Positions 39,086 to 48,581 of a DNA stretch of 64,000 nucleotides are shown here, piece by piece; the stretch's first letter is position 1; every line of letters starts with the position of its first letter. The DNA is from an uncultured Methanosarcinales archaeon. Lineage in GTDB: Archaea > Nanobdellota > Nanobdellia > Woesearchaeales > CAIVOO01. The stretch covers positions 124,001 to 188,000 of the forward strand of contig CAZAIK010000001.1 of the NCBI GenBank assembly GCA_964485195.1. Direction: 5' to 3'. The position numbers and the translations under genes are program-made. Below the pieces are notes generated by a model. That model saw only the letters and a list, made by a program, of their open reading frames with translations. It was not told the origin of the DNA and searched no databases.

Positions 39086-40084
39086 TCACCCCTTAACTGC
39101 AAGAGCTTCCTCAACCCTTTTTGTCTCTTCCTGAATGTCTATGTCCCTGAAAACCTTGTTGGCTATGAGTTCCTGCCTGTCAAAGAAGGAGTTGGTCCGG
39201 ATGGTTCCCTGCACCTTGACTGTCTTGCCAAAGATTTCGCTTTTCAGGGCCTCTGTTTTCTGCGGGTCGTCTTTTGCAGCAAGTATTTCCTCTTCCAGCT
39301 TGCTTAACAGCTCCTCTGCACGTTCCTTGTAGAGCACGACCCTTATGTTGTCTGTGCCGTCGTCAAGCACGGCATTCAGGACATAAGACATTTTGGGATT
39401 TTCCACCTTTCCGTGAATCTCGCAGAAGAATCCGTCCTCCTTCTGCCTGGCCCTCTTCATACAGTCAGGGCATAGCTCAAAATACCTTGGGTCAAAAACC
39501 TGGACTATTGTTCCTACAACCTCAACCCTTTCCCTTTCCTGGGCCTCAGAAAGATATTTCCTCTCGTGAGTGTTTATCTTGACTTCGTCTATCTTCTCCC
39601 CTTCAGGGTTGATTATGAAAATGCTCTTGTCATTAAGGTGGATCTCAGTGAAATTATTGTTCAGCCTGGTGTAAGCTTCCTTTATCTTGACAACATCCCC
39701 CTCTTTTATTTTCTTTACATTCTCTGCCATATCCCCCCACAATGTGACTCTTATCGTCCCTGTCTCGTCCCCTATGAACAAGGAGCCCACCTTACCCTGG
39801 CGCTCTGCCTTGGTGAATTCTCTCATCTCAAAAACCCTGGTGACCTTGCCAGTTACTTCAACATTTCTCACGCCTTCCTTTAGCTCCCCAATCTTAAGCT
39901 TCTTGGAAACATCCATAAGCTGTATGCCCAGCTGATTTGCCACTATGTGTGCTGCGCCTTCCTTTGAAACCAGCTCAGAAAGCTGCTTTACCTTCTCCTC
40001 AACCTTCTGTTTTATGTCCTGCTCAGAAAGCCCTGATTTGTTCTTTATGATTTCAATTATTTTCTCATACGGCAGATTCAGCAT
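39086..40084 (-). CDS. Replication protein A (OB folds plus Zn finger)
   Basis: GDETGTIRVTLW, CPDC...CEIHG, LDDGTDNIRVV. Confidence 0.9.
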   Translation of the reverse strand: MLNLPYEKIIEIIKNKSGLSEQDIKQKVEEKVKQLSELVSKEGAAHIVANQLGIQLMDVSKKLKIGELKEGVRNVEVTGKVTRVFEMREFTKAERQGKVGSLFIGDETGTIRVTLWGDMAENVKKIKEGDVVKIKEAYTRLNNNFTEIHLNDKSIFIINPEGEKIDEVKINTHERKYLSEAQERERVEVVGTIVQVFDPRYFELCPDCMKRARQKEDGFFCEIHGKVENPKMSYVLNAVLDDGTDNIRVVLYKERAEELLSKLEEEILAAKDDPQKTEALKSEIFGKTVKVQGTIRTNSFFDRQELIANKVFRDIDIQEETKRVEEALAVKG

Positions 40085-40121
40085 TTTAAACCCCACACAA
40101 AGCAGATTTATAAATATTTAT

Positions 40122-43100
40122 TTACTCCAGCAGATAGTTTATTATCTCAAGGTCAGAGGGATGGTAAGGGTTGATTTTGTCTGGGGTGAACACAGGCTGC
40201 AGAGGCAGTTTCACAAGCTTCTTCGCTATTACCCCCTCTAGTTCGCAGTTGCTCTCTATAGCTGACTGGAGAATTGCAGTGTTCTCCCCATAAGGAACTG
40301 TGTCTTCTTTTCCGTCTTGGCAAGAGATTATTCCGTCAAAGTTTATCACAGCTTCCTCATCCAGGGGCTGCCCTGCAATGTCCAGTTGAGGAATTTTCCA
40401 TTCAATAGTTAACTCTTCAGGAGTTTCCCCAGGCACTCTTGTTATTTCAACATATCCCGGGGGAACGTCATCGTAGCTTTGTCCTCTGGGTGTCTCAAGG
40501 ATGTTAACGCTTTCCAAGTCCCTGTTGTTCACAGCTGTTATCCCATAATAAATTTCCGCCCCTTCCGCAAGGCTGTCAATATAATAATATCTATTGGTGT
40601 CAGACTCATAAACCAGCATTCCTTCCCTGGGTCTTATATTTTGCGTGGCCACAGCTCCTTCAGTTTCCTCCACCTGGGCTTCCAGCTCAAAAACGCACTG
40701 CTTGAATCCTGTTGGAGAGCATTCCGGTACCAGGGTTATGGACTTCACTGCCATCTCATTTTGCGCATTTATGAATTCAGGATTGGCAGTTTCCTTAACA
40801 TCCTCTGATTTCTGGTTTGGAAAGCTGGTGTCCTGCTTGTACACATTGTATCCCACAACATTCCTTGCAGGGCTCCTGAACCAGCTTATTACCGTCAAGT
40901 CCCTGGCTCTAATGAGACTTTGGGATTCCACCCCCCTGACATCAGGAGGGGGGACATTGGGAGGCAGGAACGCAAATCTTATGGTGAGAGGCACTTCCTC
41001 AAATCTTTCCAGAGTCGGGTTTCTTGTTTCTATCTTGAGATTGTCATCCTTGCTCACAGCGCAGACCTTTATCATCTGGCTCTCGGCCTGGTGCTCAGGA
41101 AGGCCTGCCATAGGCTCCTGTGAAAAGGAGATTATGCCTGAGTTTTTGTTCATAACAATCCTGGACAAAGGACCTATCCTCTCATCCTGATAAACTAATT
41201 TTATTCCTCCTTCATTTATTATCTGCGAAGGAAATTCAACAACGTTCTCCATGGTAAAAAGAGAAAAGACATTCTCATCCCCTGTCAAGGACATATCATA
41301 TCTCTCTTCCGACACCTGCGTGAATGTTATGCTGTTTCCGGATTCCAAGGCATAATCGGGGTCAAAATCCTCCATCACGCAATAACCATTCTCGCCTGCC
41401 TGCAGGCAGGTATCATAAAACTCTGCAAAGTCGCTGAAAAACGCCTCGTCCGCATTCTCGCAATATGTTTCCCAGCCTATCTTTCCCCCAGAAGAGGGCG
41501 TTTCCTCCTCAAAATAATACTCCCTGTTCTGCTTGAAGAAATAGTGAAAGTCCTCATCTTCAGCTGTTTGCAGGGCAAAGCAGTCAATAGTCTGGGTCTC
41601 GCCGCACTGCTCCTCATCCTCAATCATATTTTTCATTCTGTCCTGCACTTTCCTGTAAGGCTCAAGCGAATAGTCCAAGACTGTGGAGAAAGAACCTGCT
41701 ATCAGGTAAGTTGCGAAAAGGATTTCGTCCTTTGCAGATGTTCCTGCATAATTTATCAAGGTTCCCGGAAGGCAGGGCTGAAGCTGCCTGCTTGCGTATG
41801 AAGTTTGCGTTCTGGGAACAACCGCAACAAAATTTGCAACCTTTCTCCCATCCCCGTCTGTCAGCTGCCTCTCACCTGCCCAGTTGTAATAATGCATTGT
41901 TGAGCCTCCCCCGTCAAGATTAACAACCTTCTCACAATTTTCATTGGCTTTAAGATAATCTTTTAGTTCATCTACATTTGCGCTGGTGGCAGTCACTAAT
42001 TTCACCTTATAATCAGGAGTTACGCAAACCTGGGTTCTGGGTCTTATGTCCGAAGCACTTTTAGCGCCGGCAACTGCGGAAGTAATTGAAGGGTTATCAA
42101 CTGCCATCTGCTTGAAATCCTTTTCAGAAAGTATCCTGGGAAGGTTATTTTCCACAAAAAAATACTCCTCAGCGAAATCGTGCGGGCCTTTTACCAGTTC
42201 GCCGTCTTCCACAAACCAGCCTAAAATCTTGCCCTGTTTGACCCACTCCTCACCCCCTTCTTCCCTGGCCCCGAAAAAGGCGCCGTTTACTCCGGCAACA
42301 AAATCAAGTCCGGGATATCTTTCAACTGCTGTCTTGAGATTGATAAGGCAGTAGCTACAGGTTCCTCCACCTATGTCCTCAATTATTGTCTTGGCAGACA
42401 ATGTTTTAATATCAAAATACTGGGGATCTGCCTCTATTATTCTTGTTCTTCCAAAGATGTTCAGCTCTTTGAGATTCAGTGCCGACTGGGGTATGCTTTC
42501 AGGGGCTCCGCTTTTTTCAAAGTCAAATTCAGGCTCTTTTTCCAGCTGGTCAAACCTTATGGCAAGGTGGCCTTCCTCAAACTCTTTGTTTTCGCCTGCC
42601 CTTGAAGCTGCCTCAGGCCACTGGCAGAGCTTTTTTGAAAAGGCATTTTTCCAGGAATTGGTTCCGTATTCAAAAACAGCTCCGTTGTTGTGAATATTAA
42701 CCCAGCCTGCCTGGCAAGCCAGTTTTATCCTCTTCTCGTAAGGAGCGCACAGGCTGGTGTCTATTGTTATGGAATCCCCTGATGCTGAGACAGAAACTAT
42801 TTTCAGCTGGCAGTTGTTTGCCCTGAAAACGCTGTTTAAGGAGTATAACGCGTCAGAGACAGGTTTTTTGAATTCGCATTTCCCCGCGCAGACAGTTTCC
42901 CCGTTTATTTCCTTGAGGGTCACCATAGGCTCGGCTTCAACATTCACATTGAGAGGCCCGCCTCCGAAAAAAGAGCCCGGCTGGCAGTTCTGGAACTGTA
43001 TTCCCGGTCCCGGTGCGGTTCTTTGATAATCTGCCACATATTTTTTTTTCAGTGCTTCAATTCTTGCCACAGACTCATCTATTCTTGACTCAGTAATAAT

Positions 43101-45335
43101 CCCCTTATTCACAGCTTCTTCTATGCCATCAATAAGTGTTTTAATGTTCGCCTCTGTTTGGGTATCTGATTTTTTATAATTAACAATCAAAAGTATGTCA
43201 ATCCCCGCTTCAACAGCGTCAACTGCGAGTTTCTTGTGGTCTTCCCTGTATTTAGGGCTGTCCCAGATGGAAACAGCCCCCAAATCATCGCTTATTACCA
43301 CACCATTGAAATTCTGCCTTGCCATCTGCACTATTGACGGGGAAACAACTGCTTGGTTTTCAGAATCTGTATTTTGATAGACAATATTAGACATCATTAT
43401 CGCGTCTGTATGCGGCTTGAGCGAATTAAAAACCTGCAGCTCTGCCTGGTCTAATGACAGCACTGCAACGCGCTCCTCATCGCTGTTCCTGGATTCGTCA
43501 CCATAACCCGGGAAATGCTTTATTGTGGCTGCAACATTATTCTGGTGAAGCCCCTTGATATATGCCCTTGACTTTTGCTTCACCACAGAAGGGTCTCCGC
43601 TGAAGGAACGGTCTATCTTTACCATCAAGGCATCTGGATCAGAAGCGACATCAACAACAGGAGCAAGGTCCATATTAATGCCCAAATCTTTCATTACTTT
43701 GCTCGCCTCAGACATCTTTTGGATTATCTGCTGTGCATTCCCCATATCTCTCGGGGCACCGGGATTGTAAATATGGGATATCCTGTTTATCCTGCCTCCT
43801 TCTATATCGCTTGAAACAAGCAAGGGGATGCTTGCCTTTGACTGGTAGCTTGATATCCTGCTGGTAATTTCCTGCACAGATGCTCTTCCCCCCGCACCCT
43901 GTGAATGGGGCACGGTCCCTGTCCCTTCATTGTCCTTCATTAATATTACTCCTCCCACCTGGTATTTCTCCACAAACTCCCCATTAGGGCCTGGGGTTGA
44001 CATTATCATCTGTGCAATCTTTTTCCTCAAGGGCAGGGAAGCCAGACTGACCTGCTGGAAAAGGTTTATTCCATTGCATCCAAAAACATCCCCAGTCTCA
44101 ACAACATTGCCGCAGACAGTAAGGGAATCTGCACTGACCTCAACTGTTGCAAAGATATGTTTGTTCTTGAGGTTTCTTTCATACTCAGTGTCCCCTCTTG
44201 GGTATCTTATGTTATTTGAGGAAACTGTGCCAGCAACTACCTGAAGTATCTTCCCCGAAGAAAAAGTTTTTTTGACATAGCAGTGCTGGTGCCCTGAAAA
44301 AACAGCCTTTATATGGGGATTTGCCTCAATTACTCCTTTCAGCCCATTAAGCCTGTCGTGTTTGTGCAATCCGCAGTCAATGCTGATGGCAGGCAGATGG
44401 GAAAGGATAATCGTGGGCTTGTCCTGATTCCCTGACAAGTCCTTTTCCAGCCAGTTTGAAAGGCTTCTGGACAGGGAAACGCCAGTGTAATCCAAAGCAA
44501 CAAAGTGATATCCTTCATAGTCAAAAGAGTAATATTCCGGCCAGTTGGAATCGTCAACAAAGTTGATATCAGCGGGTTTTTTGTCATTCCAGAACTGCTC
44601 ATATTCTCCCGGAGCATCGTTAAGGTCGTGGTTTCCCTTTACAGGGAGAATTGGAACTTTGGAAAGTTTTTCATAATCTTCAAACTTAAACTGGTCCTCC
44701 AGGGTGAAATCGCCAGCGTGGACTATGAAATCAGGATTTGTGTTAAGTATAGTGTCTGGGTTCTTAATGGGTGTTGTGTGGGTGTCGCTTATGACTGCAA
44801 AACTGAAATCCTGGGCTGAGGCAAAGCTGGCTGACAAGACTGCAATGAAGATGAAAACAGCGATTTTGGCAGGAATTTTCCTTTTTTTCCTGTGTCTTAT
44901 GAATAAAATTACCAAAATGAGTATTAATGCAACCATTATAAGAGCAAGTACAAGTATCCTGCTGCTTTCTTCCTCCTCTCCAATTAAATCTGAAAATGCC
45001 TCTTCAAGTAAGTTCCCCCCTTCCGCTTCAAATTCTTCCGGCCCTGTATAATACTGGTCTGCCCTGAATTCAGCCTCGTCCTTGCCATACTGTTCAGACA
45101 GCCTTTCAACAGCTTCCTCCTTGGAGAGGGTTATGCAGGTTCCGTTGCAGCAGTTCTCCCCTGCATAGTCCGAGGTGTTCCACATTGAAATTCCCACGCA
45201 CTCCTGGAATTCGTTGCACACATCCTTCCCACCCATATTCACGCAGGAATAATCCCAGTCTGCCTGCGCAGAAACATTTAAGGTTAAAAGCAAGATAAAA
45301 GCTGCAACTATTCCTGTTAATGAAATTTTCTTCAT
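40122..45335 (-). CDS. 1737-aa exported mosaic: metallophosphoesterase, GH3 (NagZ-like), eroded M15-like, phosphodiester glycosidase (NAGPA/DUF2233), C-terminal beta-rich domains
   Basis: DTH/HAGD/GNHD/GHQH; DIEGG/LAPVVD/KHFPGYG/ISDDL; VNGAFF/RPRT/NLDGGGST. Confidence 0.85.
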   Translation of the reverse strand: MKKISLTGIVAAFILLLTLNVSAQADWDYSCVNMGGKDVCNEFQECVGISMWNTSDYAGENCCNGTCITLSKEEAVERLSEQYGKDEAEFRADQYYTGPEEFEAEGGNLLEEAFSDLIGEEEESSRILVLALIMVALILILVILFIRHRKKRKIPAKIAVFIFIAVLSASFASAQDFSFAVISDTHTTPIKNPDTILNTNPDFIVHAGDFTLEDQFKFEDYEKLSKVPILPVKGNHDLNDAPGEYEQFWNDKKPADINFVDDSNWPEYYSFDYEGYHFVALDYTGVSLSRSLSNWLEKDLSGNQDKPTIILSHLPAISIDCGLHKHDRLNGLKGVIEANPHIKAVFSGHQHCYVKKTFSSGKILQVVAGTVSSNNIRYPRGDTEYERNLKNKHIFATVEVSADSLTVCGNVVETGDVFGCNGINLFQQVSLASLPLRKKIAQMIMSTPGPNGEFVEKYQVGGVILMKDNEGTGTVPHSQGAGGRASVQEITSRISSYQSKASIPLLVSSDIEGGRINRISHIYNPGAPRDMGNAQQIIQKMSEASKVMKDLGINMDLAPVVDVASDPDALMVKIDRSFSGDPSVVKQKSRAYIKGLHQNNVAATIKHFPGYGDESRNSDEERVAVLSLDQAELQVFNSLKPHTDAIMMSNIVYQNTDSENQAVVSPSIVQMARQNFNGVVISDDLGAVSIWDSPKYREDHKKLAVDAVEAGIDILLIVNYKKSDTQTEANIKTLIDGIEEAVNKGIITESRIDESVARIEALKKKYVADYQRTAPGPGIQFQNCQPGSFFGGGPLNVNVEAEPMVTLKEINGETVCAGKCEFKKPVSDALYSLNSVFRANNCQLKIVSVSASGDSITIDTSLCAPYEKRIKLACQAGWVNIHNNGAVFEYGTNSWKNAFSKKLCQWPEAASRAGENKEFEEGHLAIRFDQLEKEPEFDFEKSGAPESIPQSALNLKELNIFGRTRIIEADPQYFDIKTLSAKTIIEDIGGGTCSYCLINLKTAVERYPGLDFVAGVNGAFFGAREEGGEEWVKQGKILGWFVEDGELVKGPHDFAEEYFFVENNLPRILSEKDFKQMAVDNPSITSAVAGAKSASDIRPRTQVCVTPDYKVKLVTATSANVDELKDYLKANENCEKVVNLDGGGSTMHYYNWAGERQLTDGDGRKVANFVAVVPRTQTSYASRQLQPCLPGTLINYAGTSAKDEILFATYLIAGSFSTVLDYSLEPYRKVQDRMKNMIEDEEQCGETQTIDCFALQTAEDEDFHYFFKQNREYYFEEETPSSGGKIGWETYCENADEAFFSDFAEFYDTCLQAGENGYCVMEDFDPDYALESGNSITFTQVSEERYDMSLTGDENVFSLFTMENVVEFPSQIINEGGIKLVYQDERIGPLSRIVMNKNSGIISFSQEPMAGLPEHQAESQMIKVCAVSKDDNLKIETRNPTLERFEEVPLTIRFAFLPPNVPPPDVRGVESQSLIRARDLTVISWFRSPARNVVGYNVYKQDTSFPNQKSEDVKETANPEFINAQNEMAVKSITLVPECSPTGFKQCVFELEAQVEETEGAVATQNIRPREGMLVYESDTNRYYYIDSLAEGAEIYYGITAVNNRDLESVNILETPRGQSYDDVPPGYVEITRVPGETPEELTIEWKIPQLDIAGQPLDEEAVINFDGIISCQDGKEDTVPYGENTAILQSAIESNCELEGVIAKKLVKLPLQPVFTPDKINPYHPSDLEIINYLLE

Positions 45336-46534
45336 GATGTTATTCCTCTCAGCTGGTTTTCTGCCTCTGCCTGGAAATTGAGTATGGCTGGAACATAGCC
45401 CCTGATTTCCTTTGCCTTGGATCCGCTCATACCAACGCTTCTTGTTAACCCCGGGGTTATGTGGGCTGATACAGTTTCCCAGGAAGGGTCCTGTTCCCCT
45501 GTCCTCTTGATAGCTCTTCTGATAGTGTCAGGCCCTCCGTTGTAAGCTGCCAGCCCGAATTTTACCTTGTCAGTATAGCCATCAAATCGTGAAGTGTAAT
45601 CATAAAGGAGCTGGCAACCTGCGCGGATTGATTTCTCAGGGTCAAACCTGCCGTCATTGGCAGCATTGCAGGCTGCAGTTCCGTAAGTGCAGCTGCTTCC
45701 TGAACAGCTGCAGGGAGTGATATCCCCAAGGATATGAGAATATTCCCTTGCTGTTCCAAGGCAAAACTGGTTCAGGCCTGCACAGCCCGTCCAGGATATG
45801 GCAAATTTCTTTCCCCTGGACTCCTGGGTTATTAGCCCCACCATAAGGGAATCCTGCACTCCCAGGGGCGCGCAGTAATTTGAGACAAGATGACCGTATG
45901 TGTTTATGATAAAACTTATTGCTTCCTTGTTGGACTTGCCTACTGGGCCTGCAGGATAAGAGGCAGGAGGCAACGTGTAAGTGGTATAGCCTGTTTCTAT
46001 ATCATACTTTTTCATATCAAAGCTCAGGGGAACTATTGCATCTCCTGACACTATTGTTTTTTCTCTGCCTTCTTCCTCAAAGATGTTTATTTTGTAATTG
46101 TTGAACTGGGTGACGGGGCTTTCGGGAATCCTGAAAAAGTTGTCAATCTCTTCATTCATCTTGATTTCAAAAAGGTCTTTCACTGGTTTTCTGTTTTCAG
46201 AGACAGGAATGCACTCTTCCTCATCAAAGTCCCATATCATAAAATTGTAATGATTTCCGCAGGGGGAGTCAAAGGGCAGGCCGCCTTCATAAGCTGTCAG
46301 GAAATAGGCGTCCGGAGCTGCATATCCTGCTGCCATATCTATGTAGAACAAGGAGGATTCCGCTTCCTGATATGTCTGCGTTATCAGTTTGGACTTCATC
46401 CCCACATCCCCTTTCCTGGCGCTTTCATCCTGGTTCTTGTTGATGAAATAGAGCATAGCCCCTAAGGAAATTATCAGGAACACGCTTACCAAAGTGATGA
46501 AATATTTTCCTTTCTTGTTTTTGAACAGTTTCAT
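45332..46534 (-). CDS. Pilin-like protein with C-terminal lytic transglycosylase (SLT/GH23) domain
   Basis: KKG-hydrophobic N-terminus; ITQESRG, AGLNQF, LAAYNGG, EIRGYV. Confidence 0.88.
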   Translation of the reverse strand: MKLFKNKKGKYFITLVSVFLIISLGAMLYFINKNQDESARKGDVGMKSKLITQTYQEAESSLFYIDMAAGYAAPDAYFLTAYEGGLPFDSPCGNHYNFMIWDFDEEECIPVSENRKPVKDLFEIKMNEEIDNFFRIPESPVTQFNNYKINIFEEEGREKTIVSGDAIVPLSFDMKKYDIETGYTTYTLPPASYPAGPVGKSNKEAISFIINTYGHLVSNYCAPLGVQDSLMVGLITQESRGKKFAISWTGCAGLNQFCLGTAREYSHILGDITPCSCSGSSCTYGTAACNAANDGRFDPEKSIRAGCQLLYDYTSRFDGYTDKVKFGLAAYNGGPDTIRRAIKRTGEQDPSWETVSAHITPGLTRSVGMSGSKAKEIRGYVPAILNFQAEAENQLRGITS

Positions 46535-47118
46535 TCTAAATACACTTCTGCCTTTACAATATTTTGTTGGCCTGTGGGATATTGCACCTCTGCCATTAAT
46601 GTCTGTCCTGTTGTGCCGCAAATGCCTGTGCCGGGTCCCAGGGGGGACAGGATGGTTTTCTTTTTAATGAACCCCACTACATAAGGGGTTTTGGAACAAT
46701 GTAGGCTTTGCAAAGAAGGGTAAAAGACTGACAAGCAGGCACCTTCGCTGTCAAGCTTTTGTATATATGGCCTTATCTCTTCCATAACTGAATCAAAAAA
46801 TTCCGGCTTTTCAGCAACTGGATACCGGCCTGCCTCCACCTTGCTTATGCACTCGTCTTCATCTGCAACTTTCCCCAGGTATTCAGCGAACATTAATGTC
46901 CTGCCGTCTTCAAGGGTTACCGGGGCTCTAAGAACATTTAACAATTCAAGGCTGTAATCCGCCTTTAACGACTGCACATCCACCTCTGCCTTTGATTTGG
47001 TGTTTGTTGATACTATCAGTATTATGACTATTATGAAGAAAACAAAATATGCGAGCAGGGCGAAAACATCTGTAATGACTGATGTTCCTATTCCCTTTTT
47101 TGATTTTGAAATTTTCAT
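46531..47118 (-). CDS. Class III signal peptide (pilin-like) protein
   Basis: KSKKG|IGTSVITDVFALL. Confidence 0.75.
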   Translation of the reverse strand: MKISKSKKGIGTSVITDVFALLAYFVFFIIVIILIVSTNTKSKAEVDVQSLKADYSLELLNVLRAPVTLEDGRTLMFAEYLGKVADEDECISKVEAGRYPVAEKPEFFDSVMEEIRPYIQKLDSEGACLSVFYPSLQSLHCSKTPYVVGFIKKKTILSPLGPGTGICGTTGQTLMAEVQYPTGQQNIVKAEVYLE

Positions 47119-47636
47119 GTCCTGGGCACCAAGATTTCTGTAAGCAGCATTCCCTGCTCCCTGTTCCCTTCTTCATCCACATACAGCACGTAAGTCCTGT
47201 TGTCTGCCTTGAGCACAGTTCCCCTTCCCAGGAATGTTTCGTGGGAGAGGGGCAGCCAGTCCAGATATCTTTCTCTGTTGTAATATGCCTGCTTAACTAT
47301 GTTATCTTCAAAGTCAAGGAGTGTTATGTTCGCCGCAATCATTTCCTTGCCCCCGCTGAAATTGGCTGCTGACTCCAGTATTTCAGGGTCAAAATTTTGA
47401 AGGTCAACAATTCCAGGGTAAGTCCTGCCTGTGTAAGGGTCGCTGTATGACAGGGCATTGGGATTGTATAAAAGATAGTCCTTGAAAACACTTGCTTCTA
47501 TGTCTGCTGTGTCGCTTTGCTGTGATTCATAAATCCTTGCTACGAAATAAATCGAGACCAGCATCATTACTACAAAGAGTATCCTGGCAATCCAGTAAAT
47601 CATGTCATAAGCTCCCATTGCTTTTTTTGATTTCAT
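47115..47636 (-). CDS. Class III signal peptide (pilin-like) protein
   Basis: KSKKA|MGAYDMIYWIARILF. Confidence 0.78.
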   Translation of the reverse strand: MKSKKAMGAYDMIYWIARILFVVMMLVSIYFVARIYESQQSDTADIEASVFKDYLLYNPNALSYSDPYTGRTYPGIVDLQNFDPEILESAANFSGGKEMIAANITLLDFEDNIVKQAYYNRERYLDWLPLSHETFLGRGTVLKADNRTYVLYVDEEGNREQGMLLTEILVPRT

Positions 47637-48544
47637 TCAAAATACTCCCTTATTGATCCTGCAATGCTGCTGATGATTTCTCTTTGAGGTGCTGTGGGGC
47701 TGATTTCCACCCTTAATGAAACAGGGTTCATCATATTCCTGTTGTCCTGCTGTGAAGTTGCCAGCACAGTCGTTTTAATGTTCTGCTTCATCAGGCTGTT
47801 TCTTATAAGGCAGGAGAGCTTTCTTGCCTTTTTTTCCGGCAGGCTAAGAATGTTAACATTTGAATCTATGACTGGCTGTCCTATCTCCAGTATTATTGCG
47901 TCAGGACTTGCCTCTGCAACGGTTTGAAAATTGGCTGTGCTGTCATAGTAGTTGGCACTTATTCCCGCTGCTGTAAGGCTGGGGGCAAGGACGGAATTCC
48001 TCAGCATTTCCTGCACAGATTCGTCACCGGTCCTGTCCAGGAGAATGACTTTTTTTGCGTCCCCGGAAGTGTCAACCTTTTCGCAGTTTGTGGATGCAAA
48101 GGAAATGTCATTCTGGTCAAATGCAAAGTTAGGATGGCTTTTTTTCATTGAGACAACAGTCTTCTCTGTTATTCCCGGGCCTAATGCTGCGGGAGGGAAT
48201 AAGAATTTAAGCTGGGAATCCTGCGGAAACAGATAGTATGTCAAGGAAGGGGTAATTGTGCTTTCTTCCATAAGGTAGACATCAACCCTGTTTGTAGTGA
48301 ACCTGTACTGGAAGCCGAACGCGTCTGCGTAAGAGAAGAAGACAGAGCCAGGGGCTGCCTCTGCAGACTCTATGGTCAGGGACAAGTCCCTGGCAGACTT
48401 CTGCTTCATTATTCTCAAGTCAGAGCCCACCGCCACTCCGTAAGCAAGGGCTGCTATGAAAACTATTAGCGCAAGAATAACCTCAATAATCTGACGGCCC
48501 AGTATCTCCCATTGCCCCTTTTTTTGTCTCAGCGGCCTTAACAT
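47633..48544 (-). CDS. Pilin-like protein with eroded Amidase_3-like C-terminal domain
   Basis: QKKG|QWEIL; KKVILLD...PDAIILEI...RKLSCLIRNSL...SLRVEI...IAGSIREYF. Confidence 0.7.
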   Translation of the reverse strand: MLRPLRQKKGQWEILGRQIIEVILALIVFIAALAYGVAVGSDLRIMKQKSARDLSLTIESAEAAPGSVFFSYADAFGFQYRFTTNRVDVYLMEESTITPSLTYYLFPQDSQLKFLFPPAALGPGITEKTVVSMKKSHPNFAFDQNDISFASTNCEKVDTSGDAKKVILLDRTGDESVQEMLRNSVLAPSLTAAGISANYYDSTANFQTVAEASPDAIILEIGQPVIDSNVNILSLPEKKARKLSCLIRNSLMKQNIKTTVLATSQQDNRNMMNPVSLRVEISPTAPQREIISSIAGSIREYFE

Positions 48545-48581
48545 TGCTTTTCAAAAAGAAGGTTTATTTAAAATATTTGTG

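Noticed and set aside
45332..46534. Prophage tail lysin or tape-measure SLT
   Set aside because: No capsid, terminase, portal or integrase genes; context is pilin-like
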